A stretch of 64,000 nt of DNA from the human T2T-CHM13v2.0 reference genome, Homo sapiens, in NCBI RefSeq assembly GCF_009914755.1, contig NC_060931.1; one strand, given 5' to 3'. Positions within the stretch are counted from its first letter, which is position 1. Each line of letters opens with the position of its first letter. Both the position numbers and the translations under genes were made by a program. Positions 1 through 12,800 of the stretch are shown here, piece after piece. The notes below the pieces were generated by a model. It saw only the letters and a program-made list of their open reading frames with translations, was not told where the DNA came from and searched no databases.

Positions 1-413
1 TAATGATACTTCAAATTTGAAGGGCAAGGTATTTTGAATTGTCTGAAAAATTTTCAATTTGATTATGATAAAATTTTATGAAAAATAAATAAGAAGCTAA
101 AAATTTCCATCATTTGTGATAAAAAGAGAACAAATTCATTTTATGGTAAAGCCGCAGTGTAAAATGTTGGGGAGGGAGCAATGCCTTCCTGAAAAGAATC
201 AGGGTATGTTGGTTGATTGATGCCAATCTGAATCAACACCAAAAATGATTAAGAAAGACCTAAAATTCACTTATTTTGACCAATACTTAATATATTTATA
301 GAGATGAAATGGATTTCAAAGTTATGCCATTTTATCCACAACTCAATTGTTTAATATTAGATTTGATATGATCTTGTGGATACACTGGGATAAGATAAAA
401 ATGTGAAGCTCTG

Positions 414-720
414 GCCAGGCGTGGTGGCTCAGGCCTGTAATCCCAGCACTTTGGGAGGCTGAGGCGGGCGGATCACGAGGTCAGGAGATCGAGACCATCC
501 TGGCTAACACGGTGAAACCTTGTCTCTACTAAAAATACAAAAAATTAGCCAGGCGAGGTGGCGGGCGCCTGTAGGCCCAGCTACTCTAGAGGCTGAGGCA
601 GGAGAATGGCATGAACCCCGGGGGGCGGAGCCTGCAGTGAGCCGAGATCGCGCCACTGCACTCCAGCCTGGGCGACAGCGAGACTCTGCCTCAAAAAAAA
701 ACAAAAAAAAAAAAAAAAGA
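414..720 (+). mobile_element. Young AluY (AluYe-like)
   Basis: Full dimer with GAGATCGAGACCATCCTGGCTAACACGG, diagnostic GAACCCCGGGGGGCGGAGCCTGCAG, A tail and GAAGCTC TSD. Confidence 0.85.
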
Positions 721-901
721 GAGAAGCTCCATAGTACAGTTACCAAATTTCTGGGTGTGGCTTGGTATCATCAATCCAATGATAATATTCCAGACTAGGG
801 ATAATCCTAATTTCCAGGATGAGATTATGACAACTTCAAAGTTTAATTCTGTTTGAACTAGATTTCAAATTATATTAAATTTTGATTAAAAAAGAAAACA
901 C

Positions 902-2654
<1,753 letters not shown>

Positions 2655-3476
2655 TGAATTTTAAATCACCTTAGTATTATCCTACATTTTTCTGGAAATA
2701 GCCCACATAAAAATTAGTTTGAATCACTTAAGAAATTCCAGTCAGATGTTCTCAGAGAAATATTCTTTCTTGGTTTTCCATTGTTTATATTTGGTAGCAA
2801 CAAAAGACTTCATTACTGCAGTGGTACAAAGAAGTAGGCACTAGAGTTTTTATCCAGCTACACAGAAAGTATAGATTTAAAGCCACCTATTCAAACTGGT
2901 ACATTTACCCCCACACATAGATGATTCTCAGATTTATTTGGAAGATTATGCACTACTAAATTTTAGTAATAGCGATTTCCCTTGCCTATTACATATTTGG
3001 TCTGTTTCTACATTAAGATAGTGTAGGCCAAATTCTTTCATTCCTTCACCACATATTAAGTATAAGACAGTGTGTGAAGCCGCTCTGTAAGAGATATATA
3101 AAATATAAATCTTACACTCAAGGTGCATATTCTCTAATGTGGATTAAAAAATAGAAACCCAAATAATTAATACATTGCCAAGATGTCCAGATAAAATGTA
3201 AAAGGAATAGAAGAAACAAAGATTTCTTCTTCTGGGGTCAAAGGAGGAAGAGCCAACAGAGGTAGGCTCTGGAAGAGAAACAGGATTTAGATATGCTGAG
3301 ATTAGGGAGGAATCACAGTGCAGGGTCTAATATGGGAAAAAGAGAAATAGCTCTGTTTGTATAGAACTTGAGTGTACACAGAGAAGTGTGCATGTAAAAA
3401 GTCTGGACAGAGAGATCTGAATCCTGTTCATGAGAAGTAAAGAATAACATGCTATAAAGTTGTCAATATAAAAGAC

Positions 3477-3792
3477 ATATATATATATATATATATAATT
3501 TTTTTTTTTTTGAGAGGGAGTCTCGCACTGTCGCCCAGATTGGAGTGCAGTGGCGCCTCTCAGCTCACTGCAAGCTCCGCCTCCTGGGTTCATGCCATTC
3601 TCCTGCCTCAGCCTCCCGAGTAGCTGGGACTACAGGTGCCCGCCACCACGCCTGGATAATTTTTTTGTATTTTTAGTAGGGACGGGGTTTCACCATGTTA
3701 GCCAGGATGGTCTCGATCTCCTGACCTCATGATCTGCCCACCTCGGCCTCTCAAAGTGCTGGGATTACAGGCGTGAGCCACCGCGCCCGGCC
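3477..3792 (-). mobile_element. AluY with adjacent (TA)n
   Basis: Reverse Alu with GCAAGCTCCGCC and GTTAGCCAGGATGG; (TA) run at 3477-3497. Confidence 0.9.
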
Positions 3793-4166
3793 AGACCTAT
3801 CAATATTTTTAGGAAAGCAAACCCAAGGTAAAAATTGTGTAAATTAATGCAATAATAGTTAAAAAAAATCTTTTGGCTTGTTTTCCTTCAACAGTCTGAA
3901 TAACTGTGGAGTGAATACACTGCTACTTGCCTCCACAAACACCTTCTAGAGGGCTCTAGGACCCAAGTAACAACATTATACAAAGAGGATTAACATTGTT
4001 TATATGTCAGGGAATTCCTATACTGCTTGTGTTCACGTAAGTTAAAAAAAAAGTCAACCCAAACAAGAAAATAAGTTTTAGACTGGTTTAATTCTATGTA
4101 TCAAAGAGATATGCTCAATTCCAATGAATCAAGTGCCAATCCTTCAATGGATAGAAAGAGCTGTTA

Positions 4167-4243
4167 TTAGGTTGAACCATATAAAACTGGCAATACTGGA
4201 CTATATTTGACATATAAAAACAATTTCATACGCTTCAACCTAA
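4167..4243. mobile_element. Mariner-derived miniature inverted-repeat element (MADE2-like)
   Basis: About 77 bp with terminal inverted repeats TTAGGTTGAAccATATaAAA ... TTTcATAcgcTTCAACCTAA. Confidence 0.7.
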
Positions 4244-4774
4244 GAGCAATAACTAAACTGACGATGACTTAATCACCATTTTGAGTCAACTTTCACCTTT
4301 GATCCTACACTGGTTGGGGGAAAGATGAACAAGAGATTTATTAAGTGTGACAAAATGCTGTGTCACGCTCTAGTTTATAGGCCAGAAAAAAGCTAGAGAG
4401 AAAGAGAAAGCTGAAAAAATAAATGGAACAGAAGAGGAGGCACAACAATAATAAGAACACAAAGAGAAAACAAGAGATCATGAGGCAGTTGTTCTCTTTA
4501 AAAGAAAGGATTATTTTTAATTGTTGTTTTTAAGATTTTATCACTGTGAATATGGAGAACAGATGTAATTTCTTTCCACACATGCAAATAAATATGCCAG
4601 TTACACAGTTAAAACACTCACTAACGTAATAAGAGTAGATCAATATTTAATGAATGCTTAATCTGGGGTTACTAGGAACTTTACGTTTTCACTGAGTATG
4701 AATAATAACACATAGTTGGCGGTTTCACACCCATTTCTTAAAGGTAAGATTACTGCTCTCATTCAGGGCTATAG

Positions 4775-5085
<311 letters not shown>

Positions 5086-5537
5086 GAATGAGTTAAGATA
5101 TGAAGCCAGTTCTGACTCCAAAGCCTGTACATTTCCTATCTCATCCTAGTATATATAATGCAACTCTACTGTCATGCAAGTAAGTATTTTAAAAATTTCT
5201 GAATGCTTGTCATTTAAATTTGGAAACCTACAATAATGTGTTTCACACTGTACGATTTAAGTGTGTTATTGCTGAGCAAAGAAAATTTAGCGTAAAAAGG
5301 AATGGGGAAACATTTTATATTCTGAGAAGCACGACAATGTGCATTAGATTTCAAGCAAAAACATTTTAAAGATAATTTGAAATTCAATTCAATAAGTATT
5401 TGAGGTTTATTTTGTGATGCACTGTGAAGAAAGAGTTGTATAAAATTTCAGTCCCATAATTATCTGGTTAGAGACAGAGGTAAAAGTGGTGAAGATTTAC
5501 CATTAATAAATGGAACTGGAAATAGGCAAATACCCAC

Positions 5538-5573
5538 CATTTTCACATGTACGGCAGACTCTTGATTAGTCAT
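5538..5573 (-). CDS. NT5C3A: NT5C3A alternative exon coding part (MTNQESAVHVKM, P5N-I isoform start); whole exon 5538-5592, 55 nt
   Basis: Minus strand reads ccag|AAGATTGGATAACCAAGAA ATG ACT AAT CAA GAG TCT GCC GTA CAT GTG AAA ATG|gtgggta, with an upstream polypyrimidine tract at about 5620-5637; matches the recalled N-terminus of the shorter isoform. Confidence 0.9.
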
Positions 5574-5715
5574 TTCTTGGTTATCCAATCTTCTGGATTT
5601 TCCCAGGTGATGTCACAGCAAAAGAGAAAAAAAAAAGTACACGTGACATACATAAATTTCAGGTTCTTCCTGTTATGCCAATAATATATTAAGGTGGAAT
5701 TTTTGGTATGACTTA

Positions 5716-6018
5716 TTTATTTTGTTTTTTAAAAATGTTTATTTTATGTACAAAGAACTAACATGGTTTCTTTCATTGGGTGGATGCCTTGGATAATCCA
5801 TTCAAGGAAGATCACTTAGTCCAACTCAATGAAACCTATGTCCTTTGCATACTGATGGAAACACCGGCGGCACATATTGAGGCCGTGTTTCCAGATCAGA
5901 CTATGCTGGTTTGGGCAGATGTGACAAGAGTGAGAACCCTGGCCCAGCTTCCGTGGGTGGCTCCAGTAGGGCTGCTGGTGACCCATCTTGCTTTCGGGAG
6001 TGCAATGAGGCAAAAGGC
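5716..6018 (-). pseudogene. RPS29 (ribosomal protein uS14) processed pseudogene; ORF 5816-5986
   Basis: [56 protein letters not shown] aligns with RPS29; intronless, with pyrimidine-rich 5' start, 3'UTR with AATAAA, A-rich tail and degenerate 14-bp TSD (5702-5715 / 6019-6032). Confidence 0.95.
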
Positions 6019-6394
6019 TTTGCTATGATTTAACATAGCCTATATTTGACACATAAAGCATCTTTTTTTTTTTTCTAAGAAGCTCAGCAAGGGTTTTACT
6101 CTATCCAGCATAGTTTTAGATTAACCATTTTGTATGGAGAATCTGAAGCTCTCCTGTAAGAACTTATATGGTATTAAGAAAATTGAATAAACAGTGAAAA
6201 TGAAGTACATATTTGCAAAGAGCACTTTATTGCAAGAATATTTTATCAACACTTTCTCTACATGTAAGGATGAAGTTTGTGGGAAAATTATGCATTGCTA
6301 CTACCGAATCAATATAGGAATATACAGACAGAACAAAGTAAGGGAAGACATAACACAAAAGTCCATTTTTTCCTTCAATTTTCTTACATTAAAA

Positions 6395-6713
6395 TTTTAT
6401 TTTTATTTTTTTATTTTTTATTTTTATTTTTTTTGAGATGCAGTCTTGCTCTGTTGCCAGGCTGGAGTGCAGTGGCGTGATCTCAGCTCACTGCAACCTC
6501 TGATTCCCGGGTTCAAGTGATTCTCCTGCCTCAGCCTCCCAAGTAGCTGGGATTACAGGCGCATGCCGCCACGCCTGGTTAATTTTTGTATTTTTAGTAG
6601 AGATGGGGTTTCACCATGTTGGCCAGGATGGCCTCGATCTCCTGACCTTGTGATCCACCCGCCTCTGCCTCCCAAAGTGCTGGGATTACAGGCATGAGCC
6701 ACTGCGCCCGGCC
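6395..6713 (-). mobile_element. AluS
   Basis: Reverse Alu with patterned T-rich tail. Confidence 0.92.
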
Positions 6714-8909
6714 TAAAATCTTTAATTTTTTAATATGATATGACTAAGACATGAGCTGTATTTGAATCGAGCATTGTGTCTAGCACAAAATAGGTATGTG
6801 AGAGTGTTTATCAACTGAATGAACCTTTTAGGGTCTGGGTGAAGTTTAAATATATCTGTTCATCAAACAAAAGGAACCAGTTTTTAAAACATCTCTCATC
6901 ATTATTCTAAGATTTTTGGTTGTTGCTGTGTTGGTAGTATAAATCTTAGGGAAAATTACTAAGCTATGTTTGTTCCATATGACTTTACTTTTACTTTATT
7001 TCAGATAAGTAAAATTTTATAATTAAAGCACTATTTAAAAATGGCAACTTAGTTGAAAGCGAGAACATATCTGACTTTTTCTTAAACTCTAGTAATATAA
7101 GTTGGACATTAGATCTGTGTTCTTTATAATTAAAAGGTGTTATAGCAGATATATCAAATTTTCTCAAATTCTAAAATTCGGTCCCTACTCCCTTCCATTT
7201 TAAGTCCATGAAATTACAAAATGTCTTTTTCTCCCTCTCTCAGAAAGCCTGCTAGTAAGTTGATAGTCTCATAATTGACGGCATCTTAGAATTGAGTAAA
7301 CACGATTTCCAAACAGTAAGATGATAACTTGCAATTTTTCACATCTGAAAAAGAATGTATCTGCAGTATGAGTGTGTGTATATATATCGATATAAAGATG
7401 TGTATGTGTATATATCTTTGTACAGCTATATATATACACACATACACTATATAACTCATAAAACATTTGATCACCACCCTCAAAATATAATGGTAGTTTG
7501 GGGATTAGTAGTCTTTAGCTTAGATGACTATAGTCAAGTTTAAGTAGACTTTCCTTGGTCTAACTTTTTTCTGTCACAGTCATCCAGATTTTTAACAAAC
7601 AAGATATTATAGAAGCTGCATGCAAGTCTATTTCTTCATTCATAGCAATCAAAGCCTAATTATTAAATGCTTACAGCTTTTCTTTGATGTTTAATATGTG
7701 AAAAGCAGTCTAGATTTCTCAAAGAGCACTATTTAAATAAAACTATCTCATTAGCTTGAAAAAAAGGAATAGTGTGGAGACTGTGGAAAAGTACTGTAGA
7801 GTTTATAAAAATACCGCATAATCTGTGAAACATTTGAAAAGCCCAAGGGCAAACAATTCACACAGTGAAGAATTAAACACATTTTAATATCTAGGAATCT
7901 AAGATCTTTTTGTTACACATTCAGGTAGTAGAAATCCTCTTTATTCTCTACCTCTGAAGTATGGCTCTTTTTGGAACATACATTTTGAGTTTAAAGGGGA
8001 AAAAAGTCAGTATAAGTTGGTAAAAGAATGATCATCTTTCTCATGGTCTCATCAAATAAAAACAAAGAGTGATAAGAAATTTGATGGCCAACTTTAGGAC
8101 CTTTTTTTTTTTTTTGGTAAGTATACCAACAATTCATGAATACTATGCAAATTTCAACTAAAGATCTTTCATTCTTGCCAGTCCTCACTAGCAATCTGAC
8201 CAGAATTTATCTTTGTTCAAAGATAATCTCACATAAAGTGATACTGCAGTCCTTATACAAAAATTACTCTAAGGTCTTATCATTTAAAAAGTGTAAAGAC
8301 TCAGGTGTAAAATGTCAGCATTCTGGCACTATTCTAAGGAAGACACTGAAAATTAGGGCAGAGTATTTTTAAACCAATAGGCTTGTAAACCTATACCTGG
8401 TATATAAAGTTCTGGCTTACTTTGCCAATGGTCATCTGTTGCAGATGCTTCAAGAGAAGAGTTGCTGGAAAAAACACATCAAGTGTAGAAGACGTGTTCA
8501 AAAATAGAAAATACTGCCCTTGATCTACGAACTCTCTTCAAAGGAAGTTTTAACATTTTAAGTCTTCAGAGTCTTTAAATGTGAACTGGAAAATGTGGAA
8601 ACTGGAAAATAATTACTTTGTGTGCTTTTTGTATGAGATTAAGGTCTCTACCATAGCAGAGTTCTTTACAAGGAATATGTAGGACAAGGCTAAAGACTGA
8701 AGCAAGAGGTAAGAACTTCACTTAACACAAACTTGATAACTGAAAACTTTAGTTATCACAGTATTTCATTCTGATGATAGTTTACAAGTCAATTAATGAA
8801 AATTGATTGGTATGTCTACATGAAAAAAAATTACCTGATTTAAAGCAAGTCTTAAAGTACCTGAATGCAAACTGATTACTTTTAAAGGTCTACTTGACTC
8901 TGTCTTACA

Positions 8910-8921
8910 GGAAAGTGAAAA
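8910..8921 (+). promoter_or_regulatory. IRF-binding / ISRE-like motif
   Basis: GGAAAGTGAAAA matches the IRF consensus GAAAGTGAAA; motif match only. Confidence 0.4.
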
Positions 8922-9156
8922 AGATTAAATTCATGAATATAGCTTTAAAAACTGTGACTGCTTTAATTGTGATACTCGCAGAAACATGTAAACTACATTG
9001 ATAACGTAATAAAATTGTGAATGCTAAACTGTGTATTACTCACATAAGAAAAGGCATATATTACCATAATATGGACACAGTATCCGCAACAGTACCAAAC
9101 ATCAATTTTTCCTATACTTTTTCAGTAACCTGTACTATTTGACTTTCTTAAGCTTG

Positions 9157-9190
<34 letters not shown>

Positions 9191-9316
9191 GTTACTGTCT
9201 TCGGGTGATTAGCACATGCAAAATCAAACTGTAACTTCATCTTTTCTGTATGGCTGTAATAATTTGGTGGGGCATTTAAATAATTCTTCCTAATTAGATT
9301 TTCAACTCAGCAGTGG

Positions 9317-9384
9317 GGAAAAAGAAACACACACGCTGCAAAGTGAAACTTTCTCAATACAGGCATAAAACAAAAATGAAACTA
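9317..9384 (+). promoter_or_regulatory. Cluster of three ISRE-like motifs
   Basis: GGAAAAAGAAAC (9317), CAAAGTGAAACT (9339) and AAAAATGAAACT (9372), same orientation within 70 bp. Confidence 0.5.
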
Positions 9385-10481
9385 AATAGCAAAGAGTGGG
9401 AGGGGTAGAAGAGATATAGGAGGAAAGAGGAAAAAACAGATTTCAAAAGCTAGTTATTTAAAAATGGGCAATTTTAACCAATTTTCCCAAATGGTAAAGC
9501 AGCTACTGAGTCAGAATTTTGTGGATATTTATGCAAATAAACAATTTCAATGTTTAGAATTTATTCCTCTATCCTTCCCACATTCACTACCTCTAATATC
9601 TAATAGCATTTTTTCAAGATAAGTAAACCACACACAGCACATGGAAACTAAGTAATTTATACTGACAACCCTTAAGACACCCTGAGTTCTTCTGTCCTTG
9701 AATTTGTCCTAGGACAACAGCATAGGTGACAAGCACTACCCAGAGATGCCGGGCTTGGATGCAGGCTGCCAATAAAAACTAAGCAAACTGCTTTAAGAAA
9801 TGATCTGCAGCATGATCTAACTTCTCTGATTTAAAGGAAAAAAAACCCTATAAAATATAGATAATTCAATTATTTAAATATAACTTAGCCATAATATTCT
9901 AGGCTTTTACTGTAATATAAATTTTTGAATCTTAATTTTCAATATATAATTTGTTATAAATCAGTAATCTAGCTTTTATCAATTCATAAAACATACCAGT
10001 GATAATCCCATTCTATAAAATCCTGGGTAAAGCTCACATGCACAAAATAAAAATTGATAATCTTTATTACTACCCATAATAACTGTTCCTAATCCTAGTA
10101 ACACAAAGCTTGTGGCTGTCAGTAAAACTGAGTCACATAGCCAACTGAATGAACAACCAAATTGAATCTTAGAGTGTTTCCCCTCAACCTGGAAAGAGAC
10201 TTCTGAAGGTACTTTGCTTTTTCTCAACATCTACATGTGAAACAAGAAGCTCTTAAAATTAGAACATATAAAATGTAATTTCTGAGACCTAAGACTCTTC
10301 AAAGTTTTGCACATTCATTTCTTCACAAATTATAAAGAAGTTTTGCATTATACTGGAACATTATTTTATTTCCTAAGTTTGTATTTCAAAATGCCCAAAA
10401 TTTCAGTAAGTTATAGAATCAAATAAGAATCACATAAAGTTAGACAAGAGAAACTCATTTACATGAACCGTACACACTTAC

Positions 10482-10605
10482 CCTGAAGGTAACCGGACGA
10501 GCTACACCAGCAAAAGAAAATTCTTCCTGTCTGAGAAGTACTAATATAGCACAAGGTGCAACTGAGGGCGGTTCCAAAAGCCTTGACTAAGCCCTATGCA
10601 AAAAC
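10482..10605 (-). other. NT5C3A: Probable non-coding alternative first exon of NT5C3A
   Basis: Consensus donor TTCAGG|GTAAGT at 10482/10481, no ATG in the exon, local CpGs and promoter motifs; the 5' end is inferred from the TATA position. Confidence 0.65.
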
Positions 10606-10645
10606 CTTGTGACGCACTGCTGCACAGTACTTTATATATGCTCTT
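10560..10645 (-). promoter_or_regulatory. Putative internal promoter (TATA, CRE/AP-1-like, GC box)
   Basis: TATATAAAG on the minus strand at 10630-10638; TGACGCA 10610-10616; TGACTAA 10584-10590; GAGGGCGG 10564-10571. Confidence 0.5.
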
Positions 10646-10889
10646 GGTTACAGCCTCGCTAGCTCTGAGCTAGTCACAAGTCAATCTACATAACATTATC
10701 AATTGAAGTTATGTGACGATTAAAGAGAAGGTAAATCTGTACTATTAGAACTGGCAACTGGCTCTGGAAAGAAAAGAGGAACCTCTACACTAACACTTAA
10801 AAACATTCCTTTCCACCTGGTTTGTCAGTGGTTTGTCAGTGTACTTCTGATATGTGAACTTTTCTGTATATTCTATTTTAATACAAAGT

Positions 10890-11112
10890 TAAAAAGATTA
10901 GGTTGCTGTTGCCAGGGCTGGAGGAGGAGGATGGGGAATTATTGCTCAATGGATAGAGTTTCAGTTTTAGAAGATGAAAAGAGTTCTGGAGTGGACAGTG
11001 GTTATGGTTGCACGGCAGTGTAGATGTACTTAATGCCACCAAATGAAATGCTTAAAAATGGTTTAAATGGTACGATTTATATTATGTATATTTTACCACT
11101 ATTAAAAAAAAG
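10890..11112 (+). mobile_element. Old L1 (L1M) 3' end
   Basis: GTTGCCAGGGCTGG...GTTTCAGTTTTAGAAGATGAAAAGAGTTCTGGAG...TATATTTTACCAC followed by an A tail. Confidence 0.75.
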
Positions 11113-11664
11113 ATTAGCTCACTTAAAGTCCATAAACAAAAAGACATGATATATGCAAATGTGGTCAAAAAACTGTTAATAGTCTTTATCAAAGGGCAGT
11201 GGGATTTAAAGTAATTTTTATATTTTCTTATACTTTTAATAAGACCAGCCATAAAATCTGAAAATAAAAATTAATTTCTGTTTTTAAAAATTGGGGGAAA
11301 AAGTTCCTGCCTGTTAAAAATAAGAGCAGTCCAACTGTCATGAAGAAAAAAAAATTTTTTTTTTTAAAAGAGAACTAGTCTTGCTTTTAACCTGAGTAGT
11401 AGGGTGGCAATATGCTAATACCATGTGTCAGGACCTGATAGATAAGTTATGCCATGGGCTGTGGGAACCTTTATCATTAGGGAACATGGCTACACTACAC
11501 TTATGTAAATAAATTTTTATTATCGGCTTTCTCTCTACTGTCCTCAGAGAAATCTAGTCTAGTAATATTTCAGTAATCAAATTTTGTGAAGTATCGTTCT
11601 CTATTAAAAACAACATGAAAAAAATTTTAAATTGCTGTTAAAAATGGTGTTAAAAAACTATCCA

Positions 11665-11985
11665 GGCTGGGTGTGGTGGCTCATGCCTGTAATCCCTGCA
11701 CTTTGGGAAGCCTAGGCGGGTGGATCACCTGAGGTCAGGAGTTCGAGACCAACCTGGCTAACATGATGAAACCCCATCTCTACCAAAAATACAAAAAATT
11801 AGCCGGGCCTGGTGGCAGGCACCTGTAATCCCAGCTACTCAGGGTAGGAGAATCACTTGAACCCAGGAGGCGGAGGTTGCAGTGAGCTGAGATTGCGCCA
11901 CTGCACTCCAGCCCAGGCAACAAGAGCAAAACTGTCTCAAAAAAAACAAAAAACAAAAAAACCCCAAAAAAACAAAAAACAAAAC
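11665..11985 (+). mobile_element. AluS
   Basis: Full dimer; TSD AAAACTATCCA. Confidence 0.92.
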
Positions 11986-12289
11986 TATCCAAATTTGTAT
12001 CTACCAAACGTGAAACCTTTGACACTGCTATCTTATTTAAATAAAATAATAAAATTCATAATGAAACACTCCTCTAAGAGGACAGCCTATTATCTCTAAT
12101 CAGTAATGAAGACTCAAGGGCCACAAAGGGCTCCATTTCTAAAATATTTCTGTATTATGTATGAAAATGATGACTTAAATGTACTTTAATATTATTAGAG
12201 TTGACAATGGTAAGAATTTAAAATACATCACTTTGAAAGATGATTCACAGATCACTTTCAACAACCAAGAATATTGAAATGATAGTTCT

Positions 12290-12800
12290 ACAATCTTTTT
12301 GGAGTGCAATTTAGAAATACTATTAAAAGCATTAGAAATATACATTCCCTTTGACACATCAATTTTGTGTCTAGAAATTTTTCCTAAAGAAATTAGGCAG
12401 TACACAAAACTTTAGCTGCCAGGACGTATACTGCAAATTTGTTTTATAATTCTGGGAAACTTGAAACAACCTAAATGGCCAATATTTAAATGTTCACTAA
12501 TACAGAAGAGGTGAACAAGCTGTGATACATACAGAAAATATAAAATTATACTGCTCTTAAAAATGATTATTATGAATAGCTAAAATGTATTGTGTTTACT
12601 ATGTGCCAGATGCCTCTAAGCACTTGACATTCCTTGTCTCATATAATACTTATAAACAACCCTAGAAGGTATGTGCTAGTATTATTTTCAATTTACTGGT
12701 GGGCAAATTAAGCCTTATACTTGATAAGTGGCAGAAATGGATTCTAACTCAGTTCTCTCTAACTTCAGAATCCATGTTTCAGATCACTGCACAGTACTGC
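12290..12800. mobile_element. Old L1 fragment followed by MIR
   Basis: L1-like ACTTGAAACAACCTAAATG segment, then MIR-like TTTACTATGTGCCAG...AACAACCCTAGAAGGT...GGCAGAAATGGATTC. Confidence 0.55.

Noticed and set aside
10818-10841. 11-bp tandem repeat TGGTTTGTCAG x2
   Set aside because: Simple slippage duplication with no supporting context.
11435-11530. GATA motif cluster as an erythroid enhancer
   Set aside because: Short motifs in AT-rich DNA; not distinguishable from chance without chromatin data.
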